From NCBI GenBank assembly GCA_964016885.1, contig OZ024740.1, forward strand, positions 399,094,001 through 399,158,000: a DNA stretch of 64,000 nucleotides, in the 5' to 3' direction. Position numbers and translations under genes: made by a program. The notes under the pieces were generated by a model. The model saw only the letters and a program-made list of their open reading frames with translations, did no database searches and was not told the origin of the DNA. Below, piece after piece: positions 26,888 through 38,961 of the stretch. This DNA comes from Eledone cirrhosa (lineage: Eukaryota). Numbering within the stretch: the first letter of the stretch is position 1; the number at the start of each line of letters is the position of its first letter.

Positions 26888-26958
<71 letters not shown>
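26888..26958. repeat. (TA)n microsatellite
   Basis: Seen directly. Confidence 0.97.
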
Positions 26959-26961
<3 letters not shown>

Positions 26962-27963
26962 GTTGCTCAGGTATTAAATAGCAGTTGTGTATACCATTTA
27001 TTTCAATACTTCAGCGCTACTTCGAAAACTATACTTTTACAAAATCATCGGCTTTTTCCAAAAGGGGGTTCCTGCCCCTAGGGGTCCCTTACTCAATATG
27101 TGCCAATTCTGAGAGTTCACATTCATCTGTAGGACAAACGTAGCCCATGTGTCAAGTTTTGTGAAAATTGGTTGCGAACTCCAGAAGTTATGACGTTTTG
27201 TTGCATTGCACTGCAGTTCTTCAGTCGACTCCAAGGAAGTGGTTAAAGGGGGTTATCTGCCGGGAGGCCCTATAATCAATATATGGAAAAATGAAAGTGC
27301 CCATGACTATCCGGAGTACATAAGTAACCTATGTCTTAAGTTTGGTGAAAATACTGTAGAAATGCATAAGGTTTATACATACGAGCGCGCACGCGTGTGT
27401 GTGTTTGTGGGTGTGTATGTATTTGTGTGTGCGTATGTATGTGTATGTCCGTCGTTTTCGTTTTCAATTTTATTTACACCATTCTTAAACTCCGGGGCTG
27501 GAAATCATTTGGTTATTTTAAATAGAATATTAGTCTAACGACTCCATTTATACCATAAACTTGGTCTTGTCTTTGCATGAAATTGTTCTTCTCGCTCCAC
27601 ATAACGACGTATTATCCTCGCCTTTTTTCCGTTCATTGCCAAGGAACGTCTTCACGAACCAAAATATCGTCTTCCTGTTTTCCTTCGGTTTCTCTAAATA
27701 TTTACTTCTGCGTTCACAGATTACTCTCAGTTCAATTTGAATGGAAAATTCCTGTTTCATCGATTTTCTCCGTAACCATGGAAGCTTGTAGCTTAAAAGT
27801 CGACGCAACGCCTCCTTCCTCGGGTCATTCTGCATAACTGTGTAAATTTTCGTTGCATTCGACCAAGCCGTTTCGACGTTTATCCGACTACACCTACATA
27901 TCCGACTACACCTACATATACAACGTCCGACCACTTCCAATTTATATAGTATATATATATATA

Positions 27964-28146
27964 ATTGTTTCTACTATTGGCACAAGGCCAGCAAATACCC
28001 AGTGTATTACTGGTAGTTTATTTTATCCACCCCGTAAGGATGAAAGGCAAAGTTAACCTCAGCGGGATTTGAACTCAGGCCATAAAGGCCACTCTTTGCT
28101 GCAAAGCATGGCGTCCGACCCTCTACCGATACTGCCAATCCGCCCT
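27964..28146 (-). mobile_element. tRNA-derived SINE
   Basis: Same family as 18827-19013; tail abuts (TA)n. Confidence 0.8.
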
Positions 28147-28224
28147 TTTAGTTATTATTATATATAATATATATATATATAATAATAACTAAAAAGAAAG
28201 TTATCGCTCTACATGGCTGAATAC

Positions 28225-28583
28225 AATAAATGTAATCTGAGTTTTTCGAATATTAATAATAATATTCGATTCGTTTGCAGTTATGCAAACGAGCCTCTTT
28301 TTAAGCCATGTCAGTAGAATGAGCCCCTCATTCTTGCTCCCGTGTTGTTATGTAAACAGAACTGCAGGCACTAATGCTTCTGGGTGATTACCCTTCATCA
28401 GTGCAGTTTACTGTTCACCTGCCAACTGTCAGAGCTAGTGAAAATATATGATATTTTAAAAAATATACAGTGACTGATTGGCCTGATCTGCATATTAGCA
28501 GACTGGCTTAAAAAGAGGCTTGTTTGCATAATTGCAAACGAATCGAATATTATTATTAATATTCGAAAAACTCAGATCACATT

Positions 28584-28587
<4 letters not shown>
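28225..28587. repeat. Foldback element with ~83-bp inverted arms
   Basis: AATAAATGTAATCTGAG...TTTAAGCCA is inverted at TGGCTTAAA...CTCAGATCACATTTATT; abuts (TA)n. Confidence 0.88.
28360..28408 (-). ncRNA. Compact hammerhead-ribozyme fold with G15.1-C16.1 variant
   Basis: Minus strand: AACTGCA-CTGATGA-A-GGGT-AATC-ACCC-A-GAA-GCA-TTAG-TGC-C-TGCAGTT. All three stems pair. Confidence 0.7.
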
Positions 28588-28641
<54 letters not shown>

Positions 28642-28645
<4 letters not shown>

Positions 28646-28938
28646 GAAAAATCAGTGATGCATCTGGACTTAATTTATTGCGTGTTACAATTGTTTCGCC
28701 GGCAGGTAGCTCGAGACATGGTCCCTGTATGGATCTGGCTGATTCTACGGCTGCAGGTTCCTTCAGACACGAGTAGTTCGTTCGGAGCAAATTTTATCAC
28801 GAACTACCCGTGTCTGAAGGAACCTGCAGCCGTAGAATCAGCCAGATCCATACAGGGACCATGTCTCGAGCTACCTGCCGGCGAAACAATTGTAACACGC
28901 AATAAATTGAGTCCAGATGCATCACTGATTTTTCGTTT
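28642..28938. repeat. Foldback element with ~139-bp inverted arms and 19-bp spacer
   Basis: 28642-28780 is the reverse complement of 28800-28938 with about 2 mismatches; (TA)n nearby on both sides. Confidence 0.95.
28809..28899 (+). ncRNA. Hammerhead-ribozyme-like motif, A9G core, long stem II (mirror copy on - in the left arm)
   Basis: CGTGT-CTGAAGG-(~62 nt)-GAAAC-AATT-GTA-ACACG. Stem I CGTGT/ACACG, palindromic stem III. Confidence 0.65.
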
Positions 28939-29029
28939 TTTTATACTATCCACACACTACTCTGTTGAATATTGAGTGCTAATTTTGGCATACCGCCTAT
29001 GGAAGCACCATAGCTACCATTTTACACAA

Positions 29030-29777
<748 letters not shown>

Positions 29778-30233
29778 AAGGTAGTGAACTGGCAGTGTTG
29801 CTTGAGCTGTATTTGTTTTGGTTCTTTAAGCTCTGAGTTCAAATCCCGCCAACATTGCCTTTCATCTTTCAGGATCGAAAAATAAAGTACCAGTCCAAGG
29901 TGGTTGATTGGTGGAATTGTTGGAGCCTTGCAGTATTTGTTTAAGTTCTTTGCATTTAGAGTTCAAATCCCATTTTGGCCTACTTCAGTAATAGCTTTAA
30001 TCAATTGCTTTAATCCATTTAATTCATTAACAACGTCGCTCAACCCTTTGATTCCTCTGGCAACGTTCAATTTCATACAAGCATCTAAGCCATGTTACTG
30101 GTTTGAAAATACCTCCCCCATCTCTCTTCTACTAATCTTTGAAGCTCTGAAAAGAGTCAATGGTACTACTTTTCTCTTCTTTACAACAAATTAAACATAT
30201 AAAAGTATGCCAGCATTATTGAATTCTGAAAAT

Positions 30234-30419
30234 GTGGATTGGCAGTATCAGTAGAGGGTCAGACGCCATGCTTTCCAGCAAAGAGTTACGCCTCTTTATG
30301 GTCTGAGTTCAAATCCCGCCGAGGTTAACTTTGCCTTTCATCCTTACGGGGTCGATAAAATAAAGTACCAGTAATGCACTGGGAGAATTGCTGGCCTTGT
30401 GTCAAAAGTAGAAACAATT
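30234..30419 (+). mobile_element. tRNA-derived SINE with 16-bp TSD
   Basis: Same family; TSD ATTATTGAATTCTGAA at 30215-30230 and 30417-30432. Confidence 0.88.
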
Positions 30420-30476
30420 ATTGAATTCTGAAGAATATGAAATGTATTCTAATAAGTATAAAATATAAATTGTAAT

Positions 30477-30662
30477 AATTGTTTCTACATTTGGCACAAG
30501 GCCAGCAATTATCCCAGTGTATTACTGGTATTTTATTTTATCGGCCCTGTAAGGATGAAAGGCAAAGTTAACCTCGGCAGGATTTGAACTCAGACCGGAA
30601 AGAGATTTAACTCTTTGCTGGAAAGCATGGTGTCTGACACTCTACCGATACTGCTAATCCAC
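30477..30662 (-). mobile_element. tRNA-derived SINE, tail-to-tail with 30234-30419
   Basis: Reverse-complement copy 57 nt downstream. Confidence 0.85.
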
Positions 30663-32634
30663 TAATAAAATGTTGTAGTTTGCTTGAAGCATTGTATATA
30701 AAATATAACGTAGAAAGAGATAGAAGGCTAAACAATGCAAAATGGGAGTTTCAGATCTATATACTTGTCTCGCATTCGATAGGCAATTTATCCCTCCCTA
30801 CTCTCTGTCTTTAGGCACAGAGGCTGCAAAGCGGTAACCGACACTATTGCAACTGCTTCGAACGGATGCGAAAAAGTACATGGCGATCCAGTCCAGCTGG
30901 ACAACAGCGGCTCTCAAACGAGGAGGGAAAACAAAGCTCACAAGCAGTGGCTTTTCACCGTTCGGTGAGTCGAACGGATGAAAAACACAAAACAAAATGC
31001 ATAGTGATAATGACCAGTTTATTTGATTTCATTGTCAACTATCAAAGTTGACCATCAAATGTTTTTATTATTTCTATCATCTATTGCAATCAGGATATTT
31101 TCAGTGATAACAGCCAAACGCAAATAACTACCACTGACAACTGATTCTGTGTCTTTCAAACAACGATGGGTTGAAAATATCTGAGCTTTATTGGGACCTA
31201 TCAGATCCAGCAGATATAATACATTTCATTGACGCAGATGTTTCTTCTAGAAAATTCACCTACCAGATCAATGAACATGTATTGTTTTTTTTTCTGTCAT
31301 CAGATCCACTACCACCAAGTTACGGTTATTTTAGCAAACACACCATCTTTGTCTATGAGATAAACAGAAGTTTTGTCAAGATTCAACTATACAGATTACA
31401 AAGAGGTTTGAAATTCAGCATCAAATTTTATAACGTTTTTTCTGATTATTTCCTAATAAATTTCCTGCTTACAAGATTTCAAATTCACACCAAAACAATT
31501 AATTGAGAAAGCAACAACAATAAAAAAAGAAATTTTTCTAGTGTATCATTCATCACTGTCAAGTTTTGATGGTCGATGGGAGATAACTGTGTAACATTCC
31601 TCTCCACTTCAATAAATTATTCTCTGCTTAACAACACGACGTCGAGAAGAATTGGTAAAGCCTCAAATAATATACCATTGCGGTATTTGTTCTGATTCTT
31701 AACATATGAAGTTCAACCCCCCAACGAGGCCAACTTTGCTTTTCATCCTTCTGGGGTCGATAAAGTCCATAAAATAAAGTATTAGTCAAGTACTGGAGTA
31801 CATGTAATCGACTTTATCCTTCCCGAAAATTTCAATGGAGGGATGAATTTGGGTGGATGTAGAATCTTCTCTTCCCTTTTCACCTTACCACCGTTATTGA
31901 ATTTCTTTATTTTTTGTTTTTATTATAAATATAGATTTAATTTATGCTTGTTGAAAATCAAATACAAAAACATTTATAAAGGAGATTACTCGTGCTTTCA
32001 ACGCTTCAAGATTATCTCCCTTGATAAAACTGGAATCTGTATAGCACCCTATGATGATAATCCTTATGTGATACCAAGTCGTTTTTCAAGCAGATGATTT
32101 GAGGTTCGACCCCACAGTATGTCACCTTGGGTGAACGTCTTCTAATATAGCAGAAGGTTGACATATGTATGTGTGTGTGTGTGAGAGTGTATGGGTGGGT
32201 GTGTATGTTTATTCTCTCAGTGTGTGTCAAGGATTTATATCGAAACGTATTGTTGTGTATGATTGCGCACACACACTGTTTCTCGATAATATTATATTAC
32301 GATAGGTGGCACCAATTTAAGCACTCAAGGCTATTCCGTGTATTGGCTGTTCCCCGTTGAAAATGTGCATTTTCACAGATATCGGTTTGTTATTGGCATA
32401 AAATGAAGAGTGTTTATATTAAGTTAGAGAAAATGAAGTTTCAATTTAATATATTTTATTTATAATCATTTGATGTATATAATTAGAAGTGGTACAAATG
32501 TATGAGGTTCACCATAGGGGTGTATATATATGAAAGCATGTACGATATGTTTATGTATAATAAACATATATGAGTCTCGCTATGAAAATGTTATCGTGTC
32601 GAAACCATCTCAATAGTGGCAAGAATAGCAGATA

Positions 32635-32917
32635 CAGAGGCGTAACTAAGGTATGGCAGGTGCCATGGGCACCACATGAAGGAGGCGCCACTTGGACTCG
32701 GAGCCCGTTCTATTAAAGTCAAATAAGACTCGTCGGAGAGTGAAAAAACTCTTTCAGGTGTATAATCTGTCTCTGATTATCACAGGTGAGAACACCAATG
32801 GCTGGATCATTAAACCATTTATATAAATGATTAGGTCCATAGGTAAAAATACAATGCTGGACACAGGCGCAATTTCACTGCTTGCCATATGCGCTATTTT
32901 CCCTAGTTATGCCTCTG
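32635..32917. mobile_element. hAT-like MITE
   Basis: TIRs CAGAGGCGTAACTA / TAGTTATGCCTCTG; imperfect 8-bp TSD AGCAGATA / GCCAGATA. Confidence 0.6.
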
Positions 32918-33252
32918 GCCAGATAGCTTGCTCTCATTTATTATATGTGTTTATATTTTCATTTTGTAAGGAGTATTCATTAAGTATTATATATATTATT
33001 TGCGCGTTTTAAGAGTTGTATTCCTAACTCGAAACTGATATTCGATACGGGCCTCAGCCCTCGTTTCCGCCGCAGACATTGACCTCCCGAACAATGTTCC
33101 AACAAATCTCAGCCATCAGCGCTCGCCTTTTTTTCACAGTGTTTGAAAGGTAACTTTCGCTCGTAACTGACATACGACATTGGTCTCTGCTGGCTTACAC
33201 TCTCTTACCGGGCTCATATCAACGAGTTCCACACAAATGAAAAAGAAACGCC

Positions 33253-35583
33253 TATAACAAAACACTGGTGTGTATGAATATAACAAAAGACTCAGTTGTG
33301 TATATAAAGTTTAATTAACAAGTTGAAGTTATGTAGTATAGAATTGTTGACATGTCAAGAGTAGATGAAATATGAAGTAAAGTTATTTGTTACCGCTTTG
33401 AAGTTAGCTCGCAAGAGACCATGTTAGGGTTGCCAGAGAGTAGAGACTCGGCGAACGCGCCTGGCCGAAAGGGCAAATGAGAGAGAGATCGCTCTGAGTA
33501 TCCCTTTTATAGGGTCTCAAGACGGAAGTGACAAAAAGGGTTCTGCCACCCCAACGGGAAGTAACTCCAGCTACTTCCTGTCTAGAGAGCGTTAATCTAT
33601 TGGTGATGTGATCGTCATAAGGGAGGCAACTCTTGCTACATTATCCCCCGCCAGATTTTTAAAACATAAAAATCGAATGAACCATGTATGAAGTAAGATG
33701 GCGAGCATGTTGTAACACCAAAGTCCAGGCATGAAAATTACGAAAAAAATAATGTTTGCAATAAAAGGAAAACAGCAAAATATATGCATGCAAAAATCAA
33801 TGATAGATATCAAGGTAGCCAACCGCTCTTGGCCAGAGAACGACTAGACATCTATCTATCCATCACTCAAAGATACAATGTAATCAAAGTAAAAGAAGAG
33901 GTCAAAGTTCAAAATACAGTTCACAGATGTGCAATCACATGACAGCAGGAAAGAAAGTGTGTCCTCCAGACAATGTATGCAGGTGGTCTCTGGTCTGTGG
34001 TATAACGTGAAATTTCCAACCTCCCAAGGGATTTTCTCACAGGAAGAGTGCTGCAAAAATAAATTCTCTGGCTTGTTCTGCTAGATTTGGTTGTTGATGT
34101 TGTTGTCTCGCGGAGTGAGCGTATTCGATGTTTAAATTCACAGTAAAAATTTTCCCAGAAAAAATGAGTTGCGCAAAGTGCTAGAAATAACAGCCAAAGT
34201 TGATGGTCGATGTTGAGAATGCGTTGACCTGGAAGGGTCAAGAGGCCAGCGACCAAAGAAATAAGCATTCTGAATAAATGCGCAGTTTTCAACGGCAAAT
34301 TTACGTGGTAAATTTTTAAACCGGCAAATAGGAGAATATAGCTTAAGGCTGGAGAATCCTTGGCAAGAAACATTATCTATGGCGTGTGGTATCTCAGTGA
34401 GTCGAGATGTGTGCTGCCCACACGTGCCGAAACAAGGTTAAAGTCAAGTCGAAAAAAAAATATTTCTATGGCGTGTGGTATCTCAGTGAGTCGAGATGTG
34501 TGCTGCCCACACGTGCCGAAACAAGGTTGTTGGCAGCCATTTTGAAAAACTCGTGTGTGAACGTGATAATATGATGAAACAGAAAGAAAGGCTTCACTTG
34601 GTATAACAAATATGGCGTGTTCAACTTTTTTATGAAATTGAAAAAAGCTTGGCGGAAAGAATAAGCAATAGTTGAGATTCAGCGAAAGTAAATGTTCATG
34701 TTGAAATGTGTAAAAAAAAAAAAAAATCAAATTTCTTTTTTTTTTTTTTAAAAAAGTGTTCGTTGTAAGAAGAAACGAAAAACATATGTATACATCCAGT
34801 GGAATGCGACACATAGTTGATGTGCGACACGTGCGTGAAAAGCAAAATTTTCTGTTTATTTTGCTTGCTGAGAAAACATTTCTTTTTTGATGTGTTCGTT
34901 ATAAGACAGTGTATGCGGAGAGAAATCCTTGTCTAACGAGGTCGGAGGGATTTCTTAGTCCGAAAAAAAAATATCACGCTATGTGAGAGAAGAAGAGTCT
35001 GTCTGAACGAGAATTTCACATGTGCGTGAGTTCGTTTCTGTGTCTTAGTATTTTCCTAGTTCGTTAATAAATTTTGCTGCGTATTCGAAATGTTGGTCGA
35101 CACATTCCAACGAAAATGGGGTACTGCTAATTAATTTTTTATATATATTCACACAACACCAGATCCTATCATTTTTTCTCGGGGTCACCACTTATAACAA
35201 AATACTGGTGTGTATGAATATAACAAGACACTAGGTTGTGTATATAAAGTTTAATTAACAAGTTGAAGTTATGTAGTATAGAATTGTTGACATGCCAAGA
35301 GTAGATGAAATATGAAGTAAAGTTATTTGTTACCGCTTTGAAGTTAGCTCGCAAGAGACCATGTTAGGGTTGCCAGAGAGTAGAGACTCGGCGAACGCAC
35401 CTGGCCGAAAGGGCAAATGAGAGAGAGATCGCTCTGAGTATCCCTTTTATAGGGTCTCAAGACGGAAGTGACAAAAAGGGTTCTGTCACCCCAACGGGAA
35501 GTAACTCCAGCTACTTCCTGTCTAGAGAGCGTTAATCTATTGGTGATGTGATCGTCATAACAAGGGAGGCAACTCTTGCTACA
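33253..35583 (-). mobile_element. Complete non-autonomous LTR element B (Gypsy-type, tRNA-Trp primed)
   Basis: Direct LTRs 33253-33640 and 35193-35583 (TGTAG...TTATA). PBS TGGTGACCCCGA at 35179-35190, PPT at 33641-33654, flanks CGCC/CGTC (4-bp TSD, one mismatch). No gag/pol recognisable. Confidence 0.92.
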
Positions 35584-36490
35584 CGTCTGTTTTACTATTT
35601 TTGTCTAGCGAAGAGGCTATCCGTGGCTATTGCGGCGGAGTATTGAACTGTTGTCATTTTCTGCGATGCCATCCAGTGCAGCCTGGCCTCAGACAGGCTC
35701 TCGCGCCAGCTCGACCAGCACCGCCTTGCTTGTTTTCGTGCGGCCTCCACACCCTACAGTGGTGCCTGGCTCCATGCCCTGTCCTCCTTCTCCACTGGCA
35801 CGCAGTTAGACAACCATAGCCTGCGAATTGGCGTTTCCCTGAGGCTCGACCTCCGGATCTGCCAGCCACACCAATGTCGCTGCTGTTCCATCGTGGACTC
35901 TTTCGGCCTCCACCCGCTTTCCTGTCGCCTGCATTACACGCCATGCTGACCTCAACGAGGTCATTAAGCATGGCTTGGACGCTGCAGGCTTCCCTTCCCA
36001 GCTCGAGCCGGTGGGGCTGGATCGAGGGGACGGCAAAAGGCCAGAAGGCATGACCATCTTCCCGTTCCGCGGTGGCAAACCCCTAGTCTGGGATGCCACT
36101 TGCACCGACACTTTCTGCAGCCGCAACCTGGTGCAGTCTGCGACTGACCCGGGTTCTGCTGCACGTCGGGCTGAGGGGGCCAAACTCCTCAAATACCGGT
36201 CGCTCTCCGACAGTTTTGCGGTCGTTCCCCTGGCAGTGGAGACTTCTGGTGTCCTCGGCCTCAGGGCTACCTCCTTACTCACCACCATAGGCGCTGAGCT
36301 GGCCAGCCGTAGGTGTGAGCCTCGCGAGTTGAAGTGACTTTTCCAGCGCATCTCCCTTGCCGTCCTGCGGGGAAAGGCCTTCTCCATTCTGTCCGCCGGG
36401 GCTGTGGGTGGGCCCCGTCGAGTACCAATACATTAGTTAAATACCATTCTTTCATTTGATACAACACAATAAAGACTAAAGTGTTTTTAA
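35584..36490 (+). mobile_element. CRE-like non-LTR retrotransposon 3' part (zinc knuckle + restriction-like endonuclease)
   Basis: GAWLHAL...[16 protein letters not shown]....[18 protein letters not shown]...DGKRPEG, LVWDATC, K..KY, PLAVETSG, FQRISLAVLRG. 33010-33252 may be its 5' part, split off by LTR element B. Confidence 0.88.
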
Positions 36491-36873
36491 AATAAATTAG
36501 GGCGGAAGGTTGGCCTCGATGCGAAGGGTTGTGTTGGACTCACTAATGGAAGGACAGCGACGCGTATCGAATGCTGGTTACGAACAAAAGCTACTACGAA
36601 TGCAACCCTTAAAACACAATCTAGGAGTAAGGCGAGATCAAATGCAAAAATATCTTCAAGAAGGCGGTCACTCGGACATGGCGAAAAAGATGAATAAAAG
36701 CCATCAATCGCAAACTCGAACCAAGAGGCCGAAGCCTACTAATATAGTCAGGAACTCGGTCGGTATGACGGTCACCGTGAGCGTCAGTATTTCTCGGGAG
36801 CATCTCGTAAGCTACACCTCGACGCCTTAATGTCTCAGAGCCTTAAGGCTTTGGTGCAGCTCCGAAATCGATA

Positions 36874-38961
36874 TGTAGCGGTTGTCTCCCTTGTTGTGAC
36901 TCACAACCCCAATAGATTAACATCTAGACGGGAAGTAGAACCCTTTCTGTAACTTCCGGCAGAGCCCTATAAAACGAATAGCCTTCGGCTCTCTCCCTCT
37001 CATTTGCCCTTCCGGCGCCTGGCCTTCGCCAGGCGTCTCGCGTTTGCCTGGCAATCAAAACGGTAACTACTAACTTTGCTTCATTCTATCATCTATTACT
37101 TTGACATGGTAACTATACTGTTCTATATATATCCATGATTGTTAATTAAATATTATACACACAAACCATGTCTCGTTTTGTTACATTCATACACACGAGT
37201 TCTTCGCTATATTGGTGACCCCTGCCGGAAGTTACAGAAAGGGTTCTACTTCCCGTCTAGATGTTAATCTATTGGGATTGTGAGTCACAACAAGGGAGAC
37301 AACCGCTACATAACCTCCCGCCAGAATTTTAGAATATAAAAATTGAATGAAATATGTAGCAAGTTGGCGAGAATGTTGTAACAGGCATGAAAATTACGAC
37401 AAAAGAATGTTTGCAAAAATCAATGATAGATATCAAGGTAGCCAACCGCTCTTGGCCAGAGAACGACTGGACATCTATCTATCCATCACCCAAAGATACA
37501 ATGTAATAAGATAAGAGAAGAGCTCAAAGTTCAAATGTACAAAATATAGTTCACAGGTGTGCAATCACATGACAGCAGGAGAGAAAGTGTGTTCCAGAGA
37601 ATGAATGCAGGTGGTTTCTGTTCTGTGGTATATCGTGAAATTTCCAACCTCCGAATGGATTTTCTCACAGGAAGAGTGCTGCAAAAATAAATTCTCTGGC
37701 TTGTTCTACTGGTTTTGGTTGTTGGTGAAGCTGTGTTGCTGTGGATGTTGTCTCGCGGAGTGAGCGTATTCGGTGTTTAAATTCACAGTAAAAAAAAAAT
37801 TTTAAGAAAAAATGAGTTGCGCAAAGTGCTAGAAATAGCAGCCGAAGTTGATGGTCGATGTTGAGAATGCGTTGACCTGGAATGGTCAAGAGGCCAGCGA
37901 CCAAAGAAATAAGCATTCTGAATAAATGCGCAGTTTTCAACGGCAAATTTACGTGGTGGTAAATTTTTAAACCGGCAAATAGGAGAATATAGCTTAAGGC
38001 TGAAGAATCCTTGACGAGAAACGTTATTTCTGGCGTGCGGCTATCTCTGTGAGTCGAGATATCTCTGTGAGTCGAGAATTTATGCTGCCTACACGTGCAA
38101 ATACAAGGTTAAGTTAGGTTGAAAAAATAATATTTCTAAAGCGCGAGAAAATGAGAGTGCAAGTGTGAAAGTGACAATGATGAAAAAGAAAGGCTTCACT
38201 TAGCATATTTATTGGTGTGAACTTTGAAAAAAAAACTTGAACGATGAAGAAAACGATGAAAAAAAAAAAAAAAAGGCAAGGGTTCATCGAAAATAAATTT
38301 TCCTGTTGAAATGTTTTTTAAAAAATATCAAATTTCTTTTTTTTTTTTGTTTTGAAAGTGTTCGTTGTAAGAAACGAGAAACATATATATATATCGTGAA
38401 ATGCGACAGTTAGTTGATGCGTGAGAGAAAAAGTCTGTCTGAACGCGAATTTCACATGTGCGTGTGTGCGTTTCTTTGAGTATTTTCATAGTTTGTCGAT
38501 AAATTTGCTGTGTATTCGTAATGTTACTCACACAACACCAGAATCTGCTATTTTTTTCTTTATTTGGGGTGACCACTTATAGCGATGAACGGCTGCGTGT
38601 TCGTATCACGTCAGGGTTACCAATATAGCGAAGAACTCGTGTGTATGAATGTAACAAAACGAGACATGGTTTGTGTGTATAATATTTAATTAACAATCAT
38701 GGATATATATAGAACAGTATAGTTGCCATGTCAAAGTAATAGATGATAGAATGAAGCAAAATTAGTAGTTACCGTTTTGATTGCCAGGCAAACGCGAGAC
38801 GCCTGGCCTTCGCCAGGCGCCGGAAGGGCAAATGAGAGGGAGAGAGCCGAAGGCTATTCGTTTTATAGGGCTCTGCCGGAAGTTACAGAAAGGGTTCTAC
38901 TTCCCGTCTAGATGTTAATCTATTGGGGTTGTGAGTCACAACAAGGGAGACAACCGCTACA
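36874..38961 (-). mobile_element. Non-autonomous LTR element C with inverted terminal LTRs
   Basis: Full LTR on + 36874-37211 followed by PBS TGGTGACCCC; partial LTR on - 37223-37310 with PPT; internal region; full LTR on - 38624-38961. GATA flanks both ends. Confidence 0.92.
38591..38622 (+). other. 32-nt copy of the tRNA-Trp 3' end including CCA (extended PBS)
   Basis: GGCTGCGTGTTCGTATCACGTCAGGGTTACCA versus the metazoan tRNA-Trp 3' end as I recall it, GGCTGCGTGTTCGAATCACGTCGGGGTCACCA. Confidence 0.8.

Noticed and set aside
38591-38622. tRNA-Trp gene
   Set aside because: Only the 3' 32 nt are present, with encoded CCA; it is a reverse-transcribed primer copy.
36874-38961. DNA transposon with 338-bp TIRs, or DIRS element
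   Set aside because: The repeats are LTR-type with PBS and PPT and are related to the direct LTRs of element B; no transposase or tyrosine recombinase.
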